A DNA stretch of 64,000 bases from a virus (IMGVR_UViG_3300025941_000015:1-64000), one strand, 5' to 3'. Numbered from the stretch's first letter, positions 39,545-49,028 are shown. Notes: generated by a model not told the origin, from the letters alone. Numbers and translations are program-made.

Positions 39545-39851
39545 CACCAAGCTCAAGAGGAGCCTGGCGCAGGAGAAGCGCACCGCCGGTCAGTACAACG
39601 GTGCACGGGTGCCGATGTCCGGCGCCACGTGGCACTCGAAGAACGACGTGCGCACCGACGACCTGCTGATCGAGAACAAGCGCACCGACAACGTGTCGAG
39701 CATCACCATCAAGGCCAAGGATCTTGAAGAGCTGGACCGACACGCATGTCAGGAGGGTCGGCAGGGGATTCTGCAGTTCGACCTCAACGGACGGGAGTAC
39801 GTCATACTCCGCAGCGGGTTTGCGCGGGAGCTTCTCGGGCTGGATGGGTAG
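39534..39851 (+). CDS. PD-(D/E)xK endonuclease / Holliday junction resolvase
   Basis: QE.R.A..G..SG..KNDV..LIENK.T. Confidence 0.75.
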   Translation: MPRDTKLKRSLAQEKRTAGQYNGARVPMSGATWHSKNDVRTDDLLIENKRTDNVSSITIKAKDLEELDRHACQEGRQGILQFDLNGREYVILRSGFARELLGLDG

Positions 39852-39853
39852 CT

Positions 39854-40234
39854 GTGTCGGTGTCGATCGAGGTCACTGCCATCTATGTGCGGGTGGTGCA
39901 GCGACCCCCCGTCGACCTCCGACACTGGCGCTACTTCTTCCAGGCCGAGGAGGACCGAGCGGCACAGGACGCATGGATGACCTACGGCAAGTGCTACGGC
40001 AAGGGTCACCTCAACGAGGTGTTCAACCCGCCCGTCGATGACGACGAGGAGAACCCCAGCAAGACGGCCCGCATCATCACCATTGAGGCGAAGAAGTACT
40101 GCAACGGTACTGTGGACGGCATGCGCTGCTCAGTGCGGGCGCAGTGCCTGGCGTACGCAATCGAGAACCAGATCAACTACGGAGTATGGGGTGGCAAGAC
40201 AGTGAGAGAACGACGACGACGAGCGGGAGCGTGA
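39854..40234 (+). CDS. whiB: WhiB-family transcription factor
   Basis: W..C..F..AKKYC..CSVRAQCL.YA..GVWGG..ERR. Confidence 0.9.
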   Translation: MSVSIEVTAIYVRVVQRPPVDLRHWRYFFQAEEDRAAQDAWMTYGKCYGKGHLNEVFNPPVDDDEENPSKTARIITIEAKKYCNGTVDGMRCSVRAQCLAYAIENQINYGVWGGKTVRERRRRAGA

Positions 40235-41223
40235 TCTCGAACCGGGCCAAGGTCGCAGCGGCTGCAGCCAAGCGGCGCGACAAGATCGCCTCGCTCAAGA
40301 CACAGACCTCCAGTGGCTGGGTCAAGGACAGGGTCACCAAGAAGGGGCACCCTCTCATCGAGGAGCTGCGGCAGTACATGATCGACGCCGTCGACACGCG
40401 CAACAAGCCGAGGGACACCGAGCACATCCACCCGTCGGAGATCTCGAAGTCGGACTGGTGCCCACGGCAGACCTACTACCGCATCAGCGGTGTGCCCCAC
40501 GACAAGGGGTACGAGGCGGGCAGGTTGTACTGGCGCCTCGCCTCCATCTACGAAGAGGGCCACGAGATCCACCACAAGCACCAGACCTGCTTCTGGGAGA
40601 TGGGCACGCTCGAAGGGGCGTGGTCGTGCATGCGCTGCGAGCACTACTGGTGGGCCGTCGCCCCGGCGGTGTGTCCCGAGTGTGCGTCGTGGCACATCGA
40701 GTACCGCGAGGTGCCGATCGTCAACGAGGTGGCCCACATCATCGGGCACACCGACGGGCTGCACAACGAGCACGGTGTGCGTCGCAACCTGGAGATGAAG
40801 TCGGTCGGCGTGCGCTCCATCGAGATCGAGATCCCCGGCGTGTACCTCCGGTGGAAGGAGTCCGGCGGCACGCTCGAAGGACTCTGGGGTCAGATCAAGA
40901 TCCCCTTCCCCTCGCACCAGCGACAGGTGCAGATCTACATGGACACGCTCAACCTCATGGGCTACGAGGTCAACGAGACTGTGTTCATCTACGAGTTCAA
41001 GGCGAACCAGGATCTCAAGGGGTTCACGGTGAAGTACGACCCGGTGAAGGCGGGCAAGCTCATCGCTCGTGCCGAGGCCGTCGTCGCTGCACGTGATACA
41101 GGTATCCCACCGGAGCGCCCCGACGCACTGACGGTGACGAGCAAGACGTGTAAGGAATGTCCATGGAGAACAGAATGCTGGAGCATCGATGCCGTACAAG
41201 TTGGTCAGACACAAGAAGCGTGA
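40231..41223 (+). CDS. Cas4-like PD-(D/E)xK exonuclease with Zn-ribbon insertion
   Basis: HPS..CPRQ.YY, GHTDG, EMKS, Q.QIYM, C..CPW..CW. Confidence 0.85.
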   Translation: MISNRAKVAAAAAKRRDKIASLKTQTSSGWVKDRVTKKGHPLIEELRQYMIDAVDTRNKPRDTEHIHPSEISKSDWCPRQTYYRISGVPHDKGYEAGRLYWRLASIYEEGHEIHHKHQTCFWEMGTLEGAWSCMRCEHYWWAVAPAVCPECASWHIEYREVPIVNEVAHIIGHTDGLHNEHGVRRNLEMKSVGVRSIEIEIPGVYLRWKESGGTLEGLWGQIKIPFPSHQRQVQIYMDTLNLMGYEVNETVFIYEFKANQDLKGFTVKYDPVKAGKLIARAEAVVAARDTGIPPERPDALTVTSKTCKECPWRTECWSIDAVQVGQTQEA

Positions 41224-41446
41224 GCAGTCTGAGCGGGAGAAGCGTGCGCATGCGTGGGCCAGGTCACTCGGCTTCACCGACGAGGAGCGACACGAGCTGG
41301 CGCGCATGCTGCCGACGATCGAGGAGCATCACGACGGCTCGTGGAAGCTGCTCACCGAGGAACAGTTCCATGACATGCTCACGATGTTCGAGGGCTACGT
41401 CTGGATCACACACATGATGCAGGAGAGAGATGACCAAGTCGGGTGA
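41189..41446 (+). CDS. hypothetical protein
   Basis: LG.TDEERH.LA..SWK.L pattern; overlaps neighbours. Confidence 0.6.
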   Translation: MPYKLVRHKKREQSEREKRAHAWARSLGFTDEERHELARMLPTIEEHHDGSWKLLTEEQFHDMLTMFEGYVWITHMMQERDDQVG

Positions 41447-41789
41447 CGCTGGACGTGACGGCGAGAACAAGGTGCGCGACTACCTCATCCAGCGTGGCTA
41501 CAACTACGCCAAGCGCATCAGGTTGAAGGGCTCCAGTGACGAGGGCGACGTGGTGCTGGGCGACCGCTACCCCGTCGCCGTCGAGGTGAAGGCCGGGCAG
41601 GGAGGTGCCAAGGTCATCTGGTCAGCCGGGCGTGAGCTGCTCGACGAGATCGCCAACTCCAATGCGGAGACCGGCTTCTGTGTCATCAAGAAGCCCCGCT
41701 GTGCTGACGTCGGTCAGTGGATGGTGTGCATCCCGATGAAGGAGTACGTCGACCAGCAGCTCTCGGTCATGTACCCGCCAGGCCGTTGA
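41430..41789 (+). CDS. Hjc-like Holliday junction resolvase
   Basis: G..GE..V..YL..R..G..DEGD..VEVK. Confidence 0.8.
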   Translation: MTKSGDAGRDGENKVRDYLIQRGYNYAKRIRLKGSSDEGDVVLGDRYPVAVEVKAGQGGAKVIWSAGRELLDEIANSNAETGFCVIKKPRCADVGQWMVCIPMKEYVDQQLSVMYPPGR

Positions 41790-41802
41790 GTAGTCTTGCC
41801 AC

Positions 41803-42072
41803 ATGCTCATTGCAGCCATCCGGTTCATCCCCGAGCGCGAGGGTGCGACCGCCGACGGGTGGCAGGCCAGCATCGGTGACGAGCAGGCTCAGCCAACGAT
41901 CACCTACTACGCCACGCTCACCCTGGCACAGGCAGCGGTGAAGGCGGCGTTCCAGGCTGACACCGCCGTCGACGGCTACTTCCTGACGGCTGCGCAGGCC
42001 AGCGTGCTCACCACCAACAACGCTGCCGTCACCTCAGCGAAGAACGCCCTGCGCGCCGCCGACGGGTTGTAG
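41803..42072 (+). CDS. hypothetical protein
   Basis: TAGTCT 6 nt before ATG; codon usage. Confidence 0.6.
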   Translation: MLIAAIRFIPEREGATADGWQASIGDEQAQPTITYYATLTLAQAAVKAAFQADTAVDGYFLTAAQASVLTTNNAAVTSAKNALRAADGL

Positions 42073-42074
42073 CC

Positions 42075-42515
42075 ATGGTGAAGCTGGGGTCTCAGTTCGA
42101 CTACTACACAGCGGCAGAGGACAACCCGTACCTGGAGGAGCACCTCGACGCCGTCACCACCCTGGCCCACGGCACTCACGAGGATCCATGGGCGGAGAAC
42201 GCCTACGGCGAAGAGCTTCCGGCGACGCGCACACACGTCGACCCGTGGCACGTCAACGCCATGGGTGGGCACACCATGCAGCGGATCGACCGTGCCAGGG
42301 AGGGCTACCGAAGCAACCCTGAGAAGATCCCGCCAGTCGTGTTGGTGCAGCGAGGTACGTGGGATCAGGATGACCCGAGGGCAGGCCACCCCAAGTACGA
42401 GGTGGCTGACGGACACCACCGGACGAAGGCCGCCCGAGCCAACGGGATGTCCGCTCTCCACGCCATCGTGGTGAAGAGCCCCCACGACTACGAGCTGGAG
42501 CTGCCGTCGTACTGA
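42075..42515 (+). CDS. ParB/Srx-like N-terminal domain protein
   Basis: IPPVVLV..YEVADGHHR..AA..G...L.AIV. Confidence 0.75.
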   Translation: MVKLGSQFDYYTAAEDNPYLEEHLDAVTTLAHGTHEDPWAENAYGEELPATRTHVDPWHVNAMGGHTMQRIDRAREGYRSNPEKIPPVVLVQRGTWDQDDPRAGHPKYEVADGHHRTKAARANGMSALHAIVVKSPHDYELELPSY

Positions 42516-42581
42516 GGCGTAGGCCCGGCCCGACAGGGGGTGGGCACTACCCTCGTGATAGGAGCCAACCAGGGAGCACAC

Positions 42582-42905
42582 ATGTCCGCACTAGCCGAGG
42601 TCGTCACGGTGACCACCAATCAGGAGGCGGCCATCAAGGTTGCAGCCCGGAGCGACGCCAAGGCTCTCGCCAAGACGATCGCCGGGGCGCTCGCCGACTC
42701 CTCGAAGGTGCAGGTGCGTGCGATCGGGGCAGGCTCTGTGAACCAGGCCATGAAGGCCATCGCCATCGCCCGAGGGTACGTTGCACAGCGTGGTCACGAC
42801 CTCGTCTGTCGGCCTGGCTTCGAGACCACATCGGACATCAATCGCCCCGGCACCTCAGGATCCAACGAGCTGTCGGTGCTGGTGCTGTTTCTGACAGTCG
42901 AGTAG
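42582..42905 (+). CDS. spoVS: SpoVS-family protein
   Basis: KVA..S..LA..IA..RAIGAGSVNQAMKAIAIARGYVA.RG.DL.CRPGF. Confidence 0.9.
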   Translation: MSALAEVVTVTTNQEAAIKVAARSDAKALAKTIAGALADSSKVQVRAIGAGSVNQAMKAIAIARGYVAQRGHDLVCRPGFETTSDINRPGTSGSNELSVLVLFLTVE

Positions 42906-42914
42906 GAGGACGAC

Positions 42915-43310
42915 GTGGGAAGGGACGACGAACAAGACCTGGGGCTTCAGCAGATCCGAGAGGATCTGGACGCTCGCATCCAAGCGGAGCGCTATGGCGG
43001 TGGTGGGATGCCAGCGCCCTACCATCCGGTCGCTCCGCCTCCGGCAGCTCAGGCAGAGGGCCCGCGTGTCCGAGCATCCATGGGCTACGCCGGAGCACTC
43101 GGCGGGGCCAACTCCTACATGGAGATGCTCGTGCAACGCCGTGACTCTCAGGCAGCGCAGCGCATCCCCCGGTCGGCCAACTCGTGGTCGGCTGAGAACA
43201 AGCGACCCGGCTCATGGATGTCCGGTGTCGGCAGCATCTCCCCGGTCGGCACCGGCCGCCAGTACGCCAGCGGCATAGGCCGCCCGCTCATCCAACAGAG
43301 GGACAGTTGA
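42915..43310 (+). CDS. hypothetical protein
   Basis: AGGAGG RBS. Confidence 0.6.
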   Translation: MGRDDEQDLGLQQIREDLDARIQAERYGGGGMPAPYHPVAPPPAAQAEGPRVRASMGYAGALGGANSYMEMLVQRRDSQAAQRIPRSANSWSAENKRPGSWMSGVGSISPVGTGRQYASGIGRPLIQQRDS

Positions 43311-43311
43311 C

Positions 43312-43734
43312 ATGACGATCAAGATGAACAAGCGCTATGCGCAGACCTCTCACTACGTCCCGACGCAGGCGACACCGTGGGCGATCGAGAGCCTGAACCG
43401 CGACGCCAACGCCGAGCACACCGAGGGCATGCTGTCGGCCCACGCCGTGCGTACCCAGGAGGCAGTGGAGAACCAGCACCACGCTCCCGGTGGAGCATCG
43501 GGCATGGAGCATGCTGCGGGCCGCCTGAAGACAGCGGGCTACATCAGCGCCATCAATGACTCCACTGGCCGCGACGCCTTCGGCTTCGACACCCACCCTC
43601 TGCCCGAGGTCACCAACCATGGTGGCGGCATCGTCGCCCGCTCGCCCGAGCGCGACGCCGAGCTGCACCTGAAGAACCCCGGCCTGATGGATCGCTGGCT
43701 CCAGCAGGGCAGCCGATCAGATGGAGGGCACTGA
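43312..43734 (+). CDS. hypothetical protein
   Basis: GAGGGA RBS; codon usage. Confidence 0.6.
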   Translation: MTIKMNKRYAQTSHYVPTQATPWAIESLNRDANAEHTEGMLSAHAVRTQEAVENQHHAPGGASGMEHAAGRLKTAGYISAINDSTGRDAFGFDTHPLPEVTNHGGGIVARSPERDAELHLKNPGLMDRWLQQGSRSDGGH

Positions 43735-43916
43735 TGAGCACCGGTATCACCAACCCCAACCAGTTCAGTGCGCACTGGCGCAACGCCGAGACGGGTGAGA
43801 TGGAGCCCGTGTCCGACGAGGTGTACGCGACCAACCGAGCGGCGTTGAAGCAGAAGAACCAGCAGGCCGAGGCGTGGTCGCAGCTCCGAGGCGACCGGTA
43901 CTTCAAGCAGGGCTGA
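43734..43916 (+). CDS. small hypothetical protein
   Basis: TGATG overlap and GGAGG RBS. Confidence 0.6.
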   Translation: MSTGITNPNQFSAHWRNAETGEMEPVSDEVYATNRAALKQKNQQAEAWSQLRGDRYFKQG

Positions 43917-43917
43917 C

Positions 43918-44412
43918 ATGCAGCAGAGCTTCAATCACACGCAGGATCTGCAGGGCATGGCGACGGGGCTCAGCCCGCGCTCTGGTCCTGAACCCCTGAT
44001 TCGTGATGCGATGGAAGCGGCGCGCCTCGCCTGGCGACACACGCCCGAGGCCGACTACCCCGACGGGTACCTGGGCACGACGACGGCTCGACGTGAGGAC
44101 AAGCTCGCCAACGCCGTCTGGCGCAACAAGAAGTCGTACGACCGTGGCGCACACAAGGGCGAGCGCCTCGACATGTCGGACTACCTCTGGCCGGACGTGT
44201 TCAACCTGGAGACAGGTCTCAGGATGGAAGCGGCTGGCTCAAAGTTCACCTCCGTTGCCTACGCCCAGGAACCTGTCGTACTCACGAACGACGGGCGCCC
44301 CGGTCCTCGCGACGTGGCGGGCATGATGGGTCAGCCCAACACGGGTGTGCCGGTGATGCCCGACCCGCAGCGCATCGGTCAGCTCCAGAGGATGAGGCCG
44401 ACCTGGCGGTGA
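43918..44412 (+). CDS. conserved actinophage hypothetical protein
   Basis: YPDGYLGT..RREDKL..SY.RG.HKGER..DY.WP. Confidence 0.7.
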   Translation: MQQSFNHTQDLQGMATGLSPRSGPEPLIRDAMEAARLAWRHTPEADYPDGYLGTTTARREDKLANAVWRNKKSYDRGAHKGERLDMSDYLWPDVFNLETGLRMEAAGSKFTSVAYAQEPVVLTNDGRPGPRDVAGMMGQPNTGVPVMPDPQRIGQLQRMRPTWR

Positions 44413-44433
44413 CGCCACGTCTAGCATTGACCC

Positions 44434-44793
44434 ATGCCAGCACCAGTCAACGCCGATCGTGCGAACGACCTGCTGCCGCAGTACTACTCGAAGCCGGGAC
44501 AGCTCCGGCAGGAGTACGCAGTGGACTCTGTGCTCCGGCTCGCCACGGTGCCGGGTGAGATCATCGCCCAGCAGCGCCCCCCGGTCCCGCAGTTCCTCTT
44601 CCCTGAGAAGTACGGGTACCGGCAAGACCCGCTGACGATCATCGACGTGCTCTCCACCGATCGCTGGGCACCACAGCAGCGCTCGTGGGTGTCGGGGGCA
44701 CCGAGCCTTGGCAACCCTCGTGTCGAAGAGGTCGACGGTGCCGAGGGATCGTTCGGTCCCAACACCCTCACGGGCATGACCTACCAGCAGTGA
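44434..44793 (+). CDS. hypothetical protein
   Basis: TAGCAT 6 nt before ATG. Confidence 0.65.
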   Translation: MPAPVNADRANDLLPQYYSKPGQLRQEYAVDSVLRLATVPGEIIAQQRPPVPQFLFPEKYGYRQDPLTIIDVLSTDRWAPQQRSWVSGAPSLGNPRVEEVDGAEGSFGPNTLTGMTYQQ

Positions 44794-44821
44794 CGACTAC
44801 CATGGACGCAGGAGGTTCACA

Positions 44822-45058
44822 ATGACGATGCGCACCAACCGCAGCATGAACGAAGACCTGAGGCGAGGTGCCGTCGACGGCAAGCTCCGCTTCCTGCGGC
44901 CGAATGCTGGTGGCCCGGCCGACGAGACGCACGCTCTGCAGCGCTCCGGCGAGCTGCATACCGAGAACTACGGCTCGATGGGCATCAGCCAGTTCCAGAC
45001 CGACCTCATCCAGCAGAACGTGGCGACCTCTCCGGCGCCCTTCATCGGGGGTCAGTGA
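44822..45058 (+). CDS. hypothetical protein
   Basis: AGGAGG RBS; RSMNEDLRRGA.DGK. Confidence 0.65.
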   Translation: MTMRTNRSMNEDLRRGAVDGKLRFLRPNAGGPADETHALQRSGELHTENYGSMGISQFQTDLIQQNVATSPAPFIGGQ

Positions 45059-45270
45059 TGGGTTGCGAGAACTACGACTACCTGCCACCGGGCGAGCACA
45101 TGCGGGTCGCTCCTGAACCCACAGATGACCCGACGACCTGGCCGGGCTCGTACGTGACTCGTGAGCCGTACCCCGATGACATCCCGCAGCGCATCAAGGA
45201 GCTGCACGAGTACTGGGAGCCGACCGTCGGCGTCCAGTGGTACCAGCTCCCTCGCGGCACAGCACGATGA
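45058..45270 (+). CDS. hypothetical protein
   Basis: TGATG overlap. Confidence 0.55.
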   Translation: MGCENYDYLPPGEHMRVAPEPTDDPTTWPGSYVTREPYPDDIPQRIKELHEYWEPTVGVQWYQLPRGTAR

Positions 45271-45327
45271 GCGCAGCCCCGTTGAGGGGCTAGCGTCGAA
45301 CACCCGGAGAACCCAAGGAGCACAACG

Positions 45328-45843
45328 ATGTCGATCCCACTGCACGAGCTGTCGAACCGCAAGGCGCTGCGCATCGCCTACTGCTACCAGTGCAAGACCA
45401 TGACGAAGGTCGAGCCCTACGAGGGTCCACCCGAGTACGACCAGCACCTGCAGTATTGGATCGACCAGCACCTCCACGGCAAGACGCCTGACGACGCTCG
45501 CGGCATGGTGTTCGTCAAGGACGCCTCGCAGTTCGATCATTCCGGTGTGGCCGGAGACGCCATCGAGGAGCAGATGATCGAGGAGGTCCGAGCCGAGCTG
45601 GCCGAGGCCAACCTGGAGGTCTACGCCATGCGCGACGGCCTCAAGTACGACGCCGTCGTCTGCCACCGCAAGCACGGTCAGCCGTCGTGGCCCGGCAAGC
45701 TCTGTGGCGACTACCAGGCCGACCAGAAGCGCGTGGGCCGCAACGACGTGCCCGAGCAGTACCAGCAGTACCTGTGCACCTATTGCCCGTACGAGGAGAC
45801 CGTGCGAGTGCAGAAGCGTTGGCAGGCCGGACAGTACAAGTAG
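45328..45843 (+). CDS. Cys-rich conserved hypothetical protein
   Basis: CYQC, C..H..P..C.DY..K..YLC.YCP; AAGGAG RBS. Confidence 0.7.
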   Translation: MSIPLHELSNRKALRIAYCYQCKTMTKVEPYEGPPEYDQHLQYWIDQHLHGKTPDDARGMVFVKDASQFDHSGVAGDAIEEQMIEEVRAELAEANLEVYAMRDGLKYDAVVCHRKHGQPSWPGKLCGDYQADQKRVGRNDVPEQYQQYLCTYCPYEETVRVQKRWQAGQYK

Positions 45844-45846
45844 CTC

Positions 45847-46305
45847 ATGCGCCTCCTCATCGTCGAGGCTCCGGGCGTCCTGTACCCCTACGATCAGCAG
45901 CCACCCAACGCTGACCCGATCTACAGCGGCCTGCGCTTCGTGCGGGCGCTCACCGAGGGCTACGGCGTGTCGGTGCTCATCGTGGGGCAGCTCTCCGCCG
46001 TCGACCCCGACATGCAGCTCAAGGAGTGGCTCAGGATCTACGACGTCCAGCACGCTTGGATCCTGACCGGTGACGGCTCGAAGCCCGACAGGGAGTTCTG
46101 GGAGACAGACGTGCTGACGTACATAGGCAAACTGCGCGGAACACCGACCATGGCTGTCGTCCCTCATACTCCAACCGCAACGATGCTCGCCCGGCGCAGT
46201 GTCCCGGTCCTGCGCTTCCTCCCGCCCGTCGGCAAGGTTCCTGACTGGGGCCCGACCAACTCGTCGTGGGCCTCGAAGCAGCCCGTGGAAGAGGCGGTCT
46301 CGTGA
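45847..46305 (+). CDS. HAD-fold-like hypothetical protein
   Basis: hhh..GVL N-terminus lacking catalytic Asp; weak resemblance only. Confidence 0.5.
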   Translation: MRLLIVEAPGVLYPYDQQPPNADPIYSGLRFVRALTEGYGVSVLIVGQLSAVDPDMQLKEWLRIYDVQHAWILTGDGSKPDREFWETDVLTYIGKLRGTPTMAVVPHTPTATMLARRSVPVLRFLPPVGKVPDWGPTNSSWASKQPVEEAVS

Positions 46306-47606
46306 GGGTCTGGTTGAGCGGTGGTGAGGTGCCGAAGCACCGTGACCTGTTCGGCCGTGCCGGTGCCGAGAAGATCGCCATCAACCTCTCCAGCGTCGTC
46401 AAGGACCGCGCTGGCGGTCTGGGTGATCTCGACACCCTGCTCCCGTACGCCAAGCTGTTCTACACGTCCCAGAGCGACCTCGAACCGAGCGCCTACGACG
46501 ACGTCCTGAACCGCTACATGACCGATGACAGCCTTGTGCTGGGTATCGAGTCACCGTTGGCCATGGGAGCGGGCCTGTACGTCCCTGAGTGGCACGGCGG
46601 CGACGTTGACGAGCTACTCGACCTCGCCGTCGAGTACGGCCGTGTGGCGGTGTCTGAGGGGGTGCTGGCGACAGAATCGTTGATGAAGCCGATCGCCGTC
46701 TTCCACGCCCGGAACCCTCATGTGGCCATCTTCGCCACCACCTCGAAGACGAAGCTGATCGCCCCGAAGATCGCCACCGACATCCTCGTGTCCGGCTGGC
46801 TGTCGGCGCAGAAGCACCGTGAGCTGCAGGTGTGGGACGGCGCCAAGGTGGCCCGGTTCCCCCGCTCGACGCGCAACAACCAGATCGAGGCGCACCGTGC
46901 CCAGATCATCAACCTGGGGTGCGACCCCGAGCTGATCGCCGAGGGCGACGTTCCAGAGTCGATGAAGCTGGCCGTGGTCTCGTGGCTGCAGTACGAGAAG
47001 GTAGTTGCTACCGGGCAGGTCATCGACCTGTCGTTACACCGTCCGGGGGGTGCCATAGATGTTGCTACTGACACCCGGCAAGCTCGCAAGCGCGACGACC
47101 TCGTGATGCTGCCCGTACTGCGCCCTCCCACCGAGGACGTTCCTGAACCCCGACCTGAGTCCAGCTCGATGCGCCAGTGCAACGTCTGCTCGCTCTCGGC
47201 CGTCTGTCCGAAGTACGAGCGCGACGCCCTGTGCGGCTTCGCCATCCCCGTGACCCTCCGCACGAAGACCGAGCTGTCATCGATGTTGGCCACCCTGCTG
47301 GAGATCCAGAGCCAGCGCGCACTCATGGCCAAGTTCGAGGAAGACCTGATGTCGCAAGGCGCATCGTCCGAGGCGAGTGCCGAGCTGGAGCGCTTCTTCC
47401 GCCTCGCCGAGTCGGCCAAGAGGATCTCCGAGGACCGCCAGACGTTGACCGTCGTTGCCACCGCCACCGGCTCCGGCGAGGGCCCGCTGTCGTCCCTGTT
47501 CGGCTCCCGAGTGGGTGAGCTGAGCCAGGGTCTCCGCAACCCGATTCAGTCCGAGGACATCATCGATGCTGCAGAGATCATCGACGCTCCGTTGGGCGAT
47601 TCGTAG
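46302..47606 (+). CDS. conserved protein: degenerate TGT/DpdA-like N-domain + 4-Cys C-domain
   Basis: VP.WHG..L..Y..VAV, SGWLS; CNVC.L..CP..C. The fold assignment is tentative. Confidence 0.5.
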   Translation: MRVWLSGGEVPKHRDLFGRAGAEKIAINLSSVVKDRAGGLGDLDTLLPYAKLFYTSQSDLEPSAYDDVLNRYMTDDSLVLGIESPLAMGAGLYVPEWHGGDVDELLDLAVEYGRVAVSEGVLATESLMKPIAVFHARNPHVAIFATTSKTKLIAPKIATDILVSGWLSAQKHRELQVWDGAKVARFPRSTRNNQIEAHRAQIINLGCDPELIAEGDVPESMKLAVVSWLQYEKVVATGQVIDLSLHRPGGAIDVATDTRQARKRDDLVMLPVLRPPTEDVPEPRPESSSMRQCNVCSLSAVCPKYERDALCGFAIPVTLRTKTELSSMLATLLEIQSQRALMAKFEEDLMSQGASSEASAELERFFRLAESAKRISEDRQTLTVVATATGSGEGPLSSLFGSRVGELSQGLRNPIQSEDIIDAAEIIDAPLGDS

Positions 47607-47665
47607 CAACTACGGTTGGGTACTCCGGCACCAATCCAGTGACATGTTCCGAGGAGGGACCAGCA

Positions 47666-48028
47666 ATGAGCGATACCGACATCGAAGATCCGCACGTCGA
47701 GGCGTGGGAGAACCGTCAGGAAGACCCGGCGTTCTCCGACGGCACCGTTGCCACTCCCGGCACCGAGTACCCGGTCGAGCCCGGCCCCGGCCCGGTAGAC
47801 GAGGAGGGCAATCCCGTCGACCCCAACGCTCCCGCCCGTGAGCCCGAGGCTCTCGGCCGCGGCAAGGCCGCCGACGACGACGATGATGACGACGGCTTCG
47901 ACCCCGCCGACTACTCCGTCGAAGAGGTGAACGCCTACGTCGACGCCAACCCGGAGTACGCATCCGAGATCGCCTCTCTGGAGGCCGGAGGGAAGAACCG
48001 CAAGGGCGTCCTCGACCACATCGGTTGA
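47666..48028 (+). CDS. acidic hypothetical protein
   Basis: GAGGAGG RBS; FDP.DYSVEEV..E..GKNRKG.L. Confidence 0.7.
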   Translation: MSDTDIEDPHVEAWENRQEDPAFSDGTVATPGTEYPVEPGPGPVDEEGNPVDPNAPAREPEALGRGKAADDDDDDDGFDPADYSVEEVNAYVDANPEYASEIASLEAGGKNRKGVLDHIG

Positions 48029-48054
48029 CCAACAACGCTGTGAGGCGATACCCT
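48025..48054 (+). promoter_or_regulatory. putative promoter, diverged relative of the array motif
   Basis: TTGACC-18-TACCCT with CAACAACGCTG in the spacer. Confidence 0.4.
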
Positions 48055-48101
48055 CACGGCGGCAACAGCGACGGGTGCCTTGACAGTCCACCCGGTCCAC
48101 G

Positions 48102-48137
48102 CAGCGCCCTCTCCCTTCTCGGGGATAGAGGGCGCTG
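48102..48137. terminator. stem-loop upstream of the methyltransferase
   Basis: CAGCGCCCTCT..AGAGGGCGCTG. Confidence 0.5.
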
Positions 48138-48172
48138 TGTCGCGAAGAACCCACTACCAGGAGAACGAAGAC

Positions 48173-48865
48173 ATGGCGAACAAGACCAAGGGCTCATGGC
48201 CCGCCGACACCCCGCGGGACATATGTTCGATGACGTGGTGGCCGAGCAACGCCGAGATGATGTACGACCTCGTGCGCATCGGCTACGTCGATCCCAACCG
48301 CAAGATCGTCGACCTCACCTACGGGCGCGGCACGTGGTGGACGATGCTCCGAGCCGAGGGCCACAAGCTGCGTCACCTCGTCGAGCACGACGTGTCGATC
48401 GACGGCGTCGACTTCCGCGACCCGCTGCCCGAGCGCGCAGGGTCGGCGCACACCGTCACCTTCGATCCTCCCTACGTCTCGACCGGCGGCCGGACCACCT
48501 CGACCATCCCCGAGTTCAACGGCCGCTACGGCGTGATGTACGCAGAGCGCACACCCGAGCTGAACCAGGAGCTGCTGATCAACCCCGGCATCCTGAACGC
48601 GAAACGGATCCTGAACCCCGACGGCAAGCTCATCGTCAAGGCCACGAACTACATCAGCTCGAACACCTACAAGCAGGCCGCCCGGTGGTCGATCGAGTAC
48701 GCCGAGTCGATCGGCCTGGAGCTGCGCGACCAGTGGTTCACCGCCGGTCACGTCCGAGCCCAGCCCGGCGGTCGCAAGGTCAACCACGCCCGCAACAACT
48801 GGAGCGTGGCGCTCGTCTTTCAGCCCGGCAAGACGATGCGGAAGCGGCCCGCCAAGAAGGCGTGA
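48173..48865 (+). CDS. amino-DNA methyltransferase (N6-A/N4-C)
   Basis: VDLTYGRG SAM-binding motif, DFR.PL, FDPPY, RIL.PDG.LIVK. Confidence 0.85.
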   Translation: MANKTKGSWPADTPRDICSMTWWPSNAEMMYDLVRIGYVDPNRKIVDLTYGRGTWWTMLRAEGHKLRHLVEHDVSIDGVDFRDPLPERAGSAHTVTFDPPYVSTGGRTTSTIPEFNGRYGVMYAERTPELNQELLINPGILNAKRILNPDGKLIVKATNYISSNTYKQAARWSIEYAESIGLELRDQWFTAGHVRAQPGGRKVNHARNNWSVALVFQPGKTMRKRPAKKA

Positions 48866-49002
48866 CCGTGGACCGAGGTGGCGCCGTGCATCGGGCACTC
48901 GCTGTTGCTCCCAGGAGCGGCCCACTGCCCCGGCACCCGGCAGAGGCAAGCCGAGCAGACGGGGCACCAGTGCCCGTCGTACATGTCCTCACAGCGCTTC
49001 AC
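48820..49002 (-). CDS. small Cys-rich protein (possible only minus-strand gene)
   Basis: CPVC..CLC..CPMHG; TAGTGT 6 nt before GTG on the minus strand. Confidence 0.45.
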   Translation of the reverse strand: MKRCEDMYDGHWCPVCSACLCRVPGQWAAPGSNSECPMHGATSVHGHAFLAGRFRIVLPG

Positions 49003-49028
49003 GGGAGCACACTACCGTTGTGTACAGC

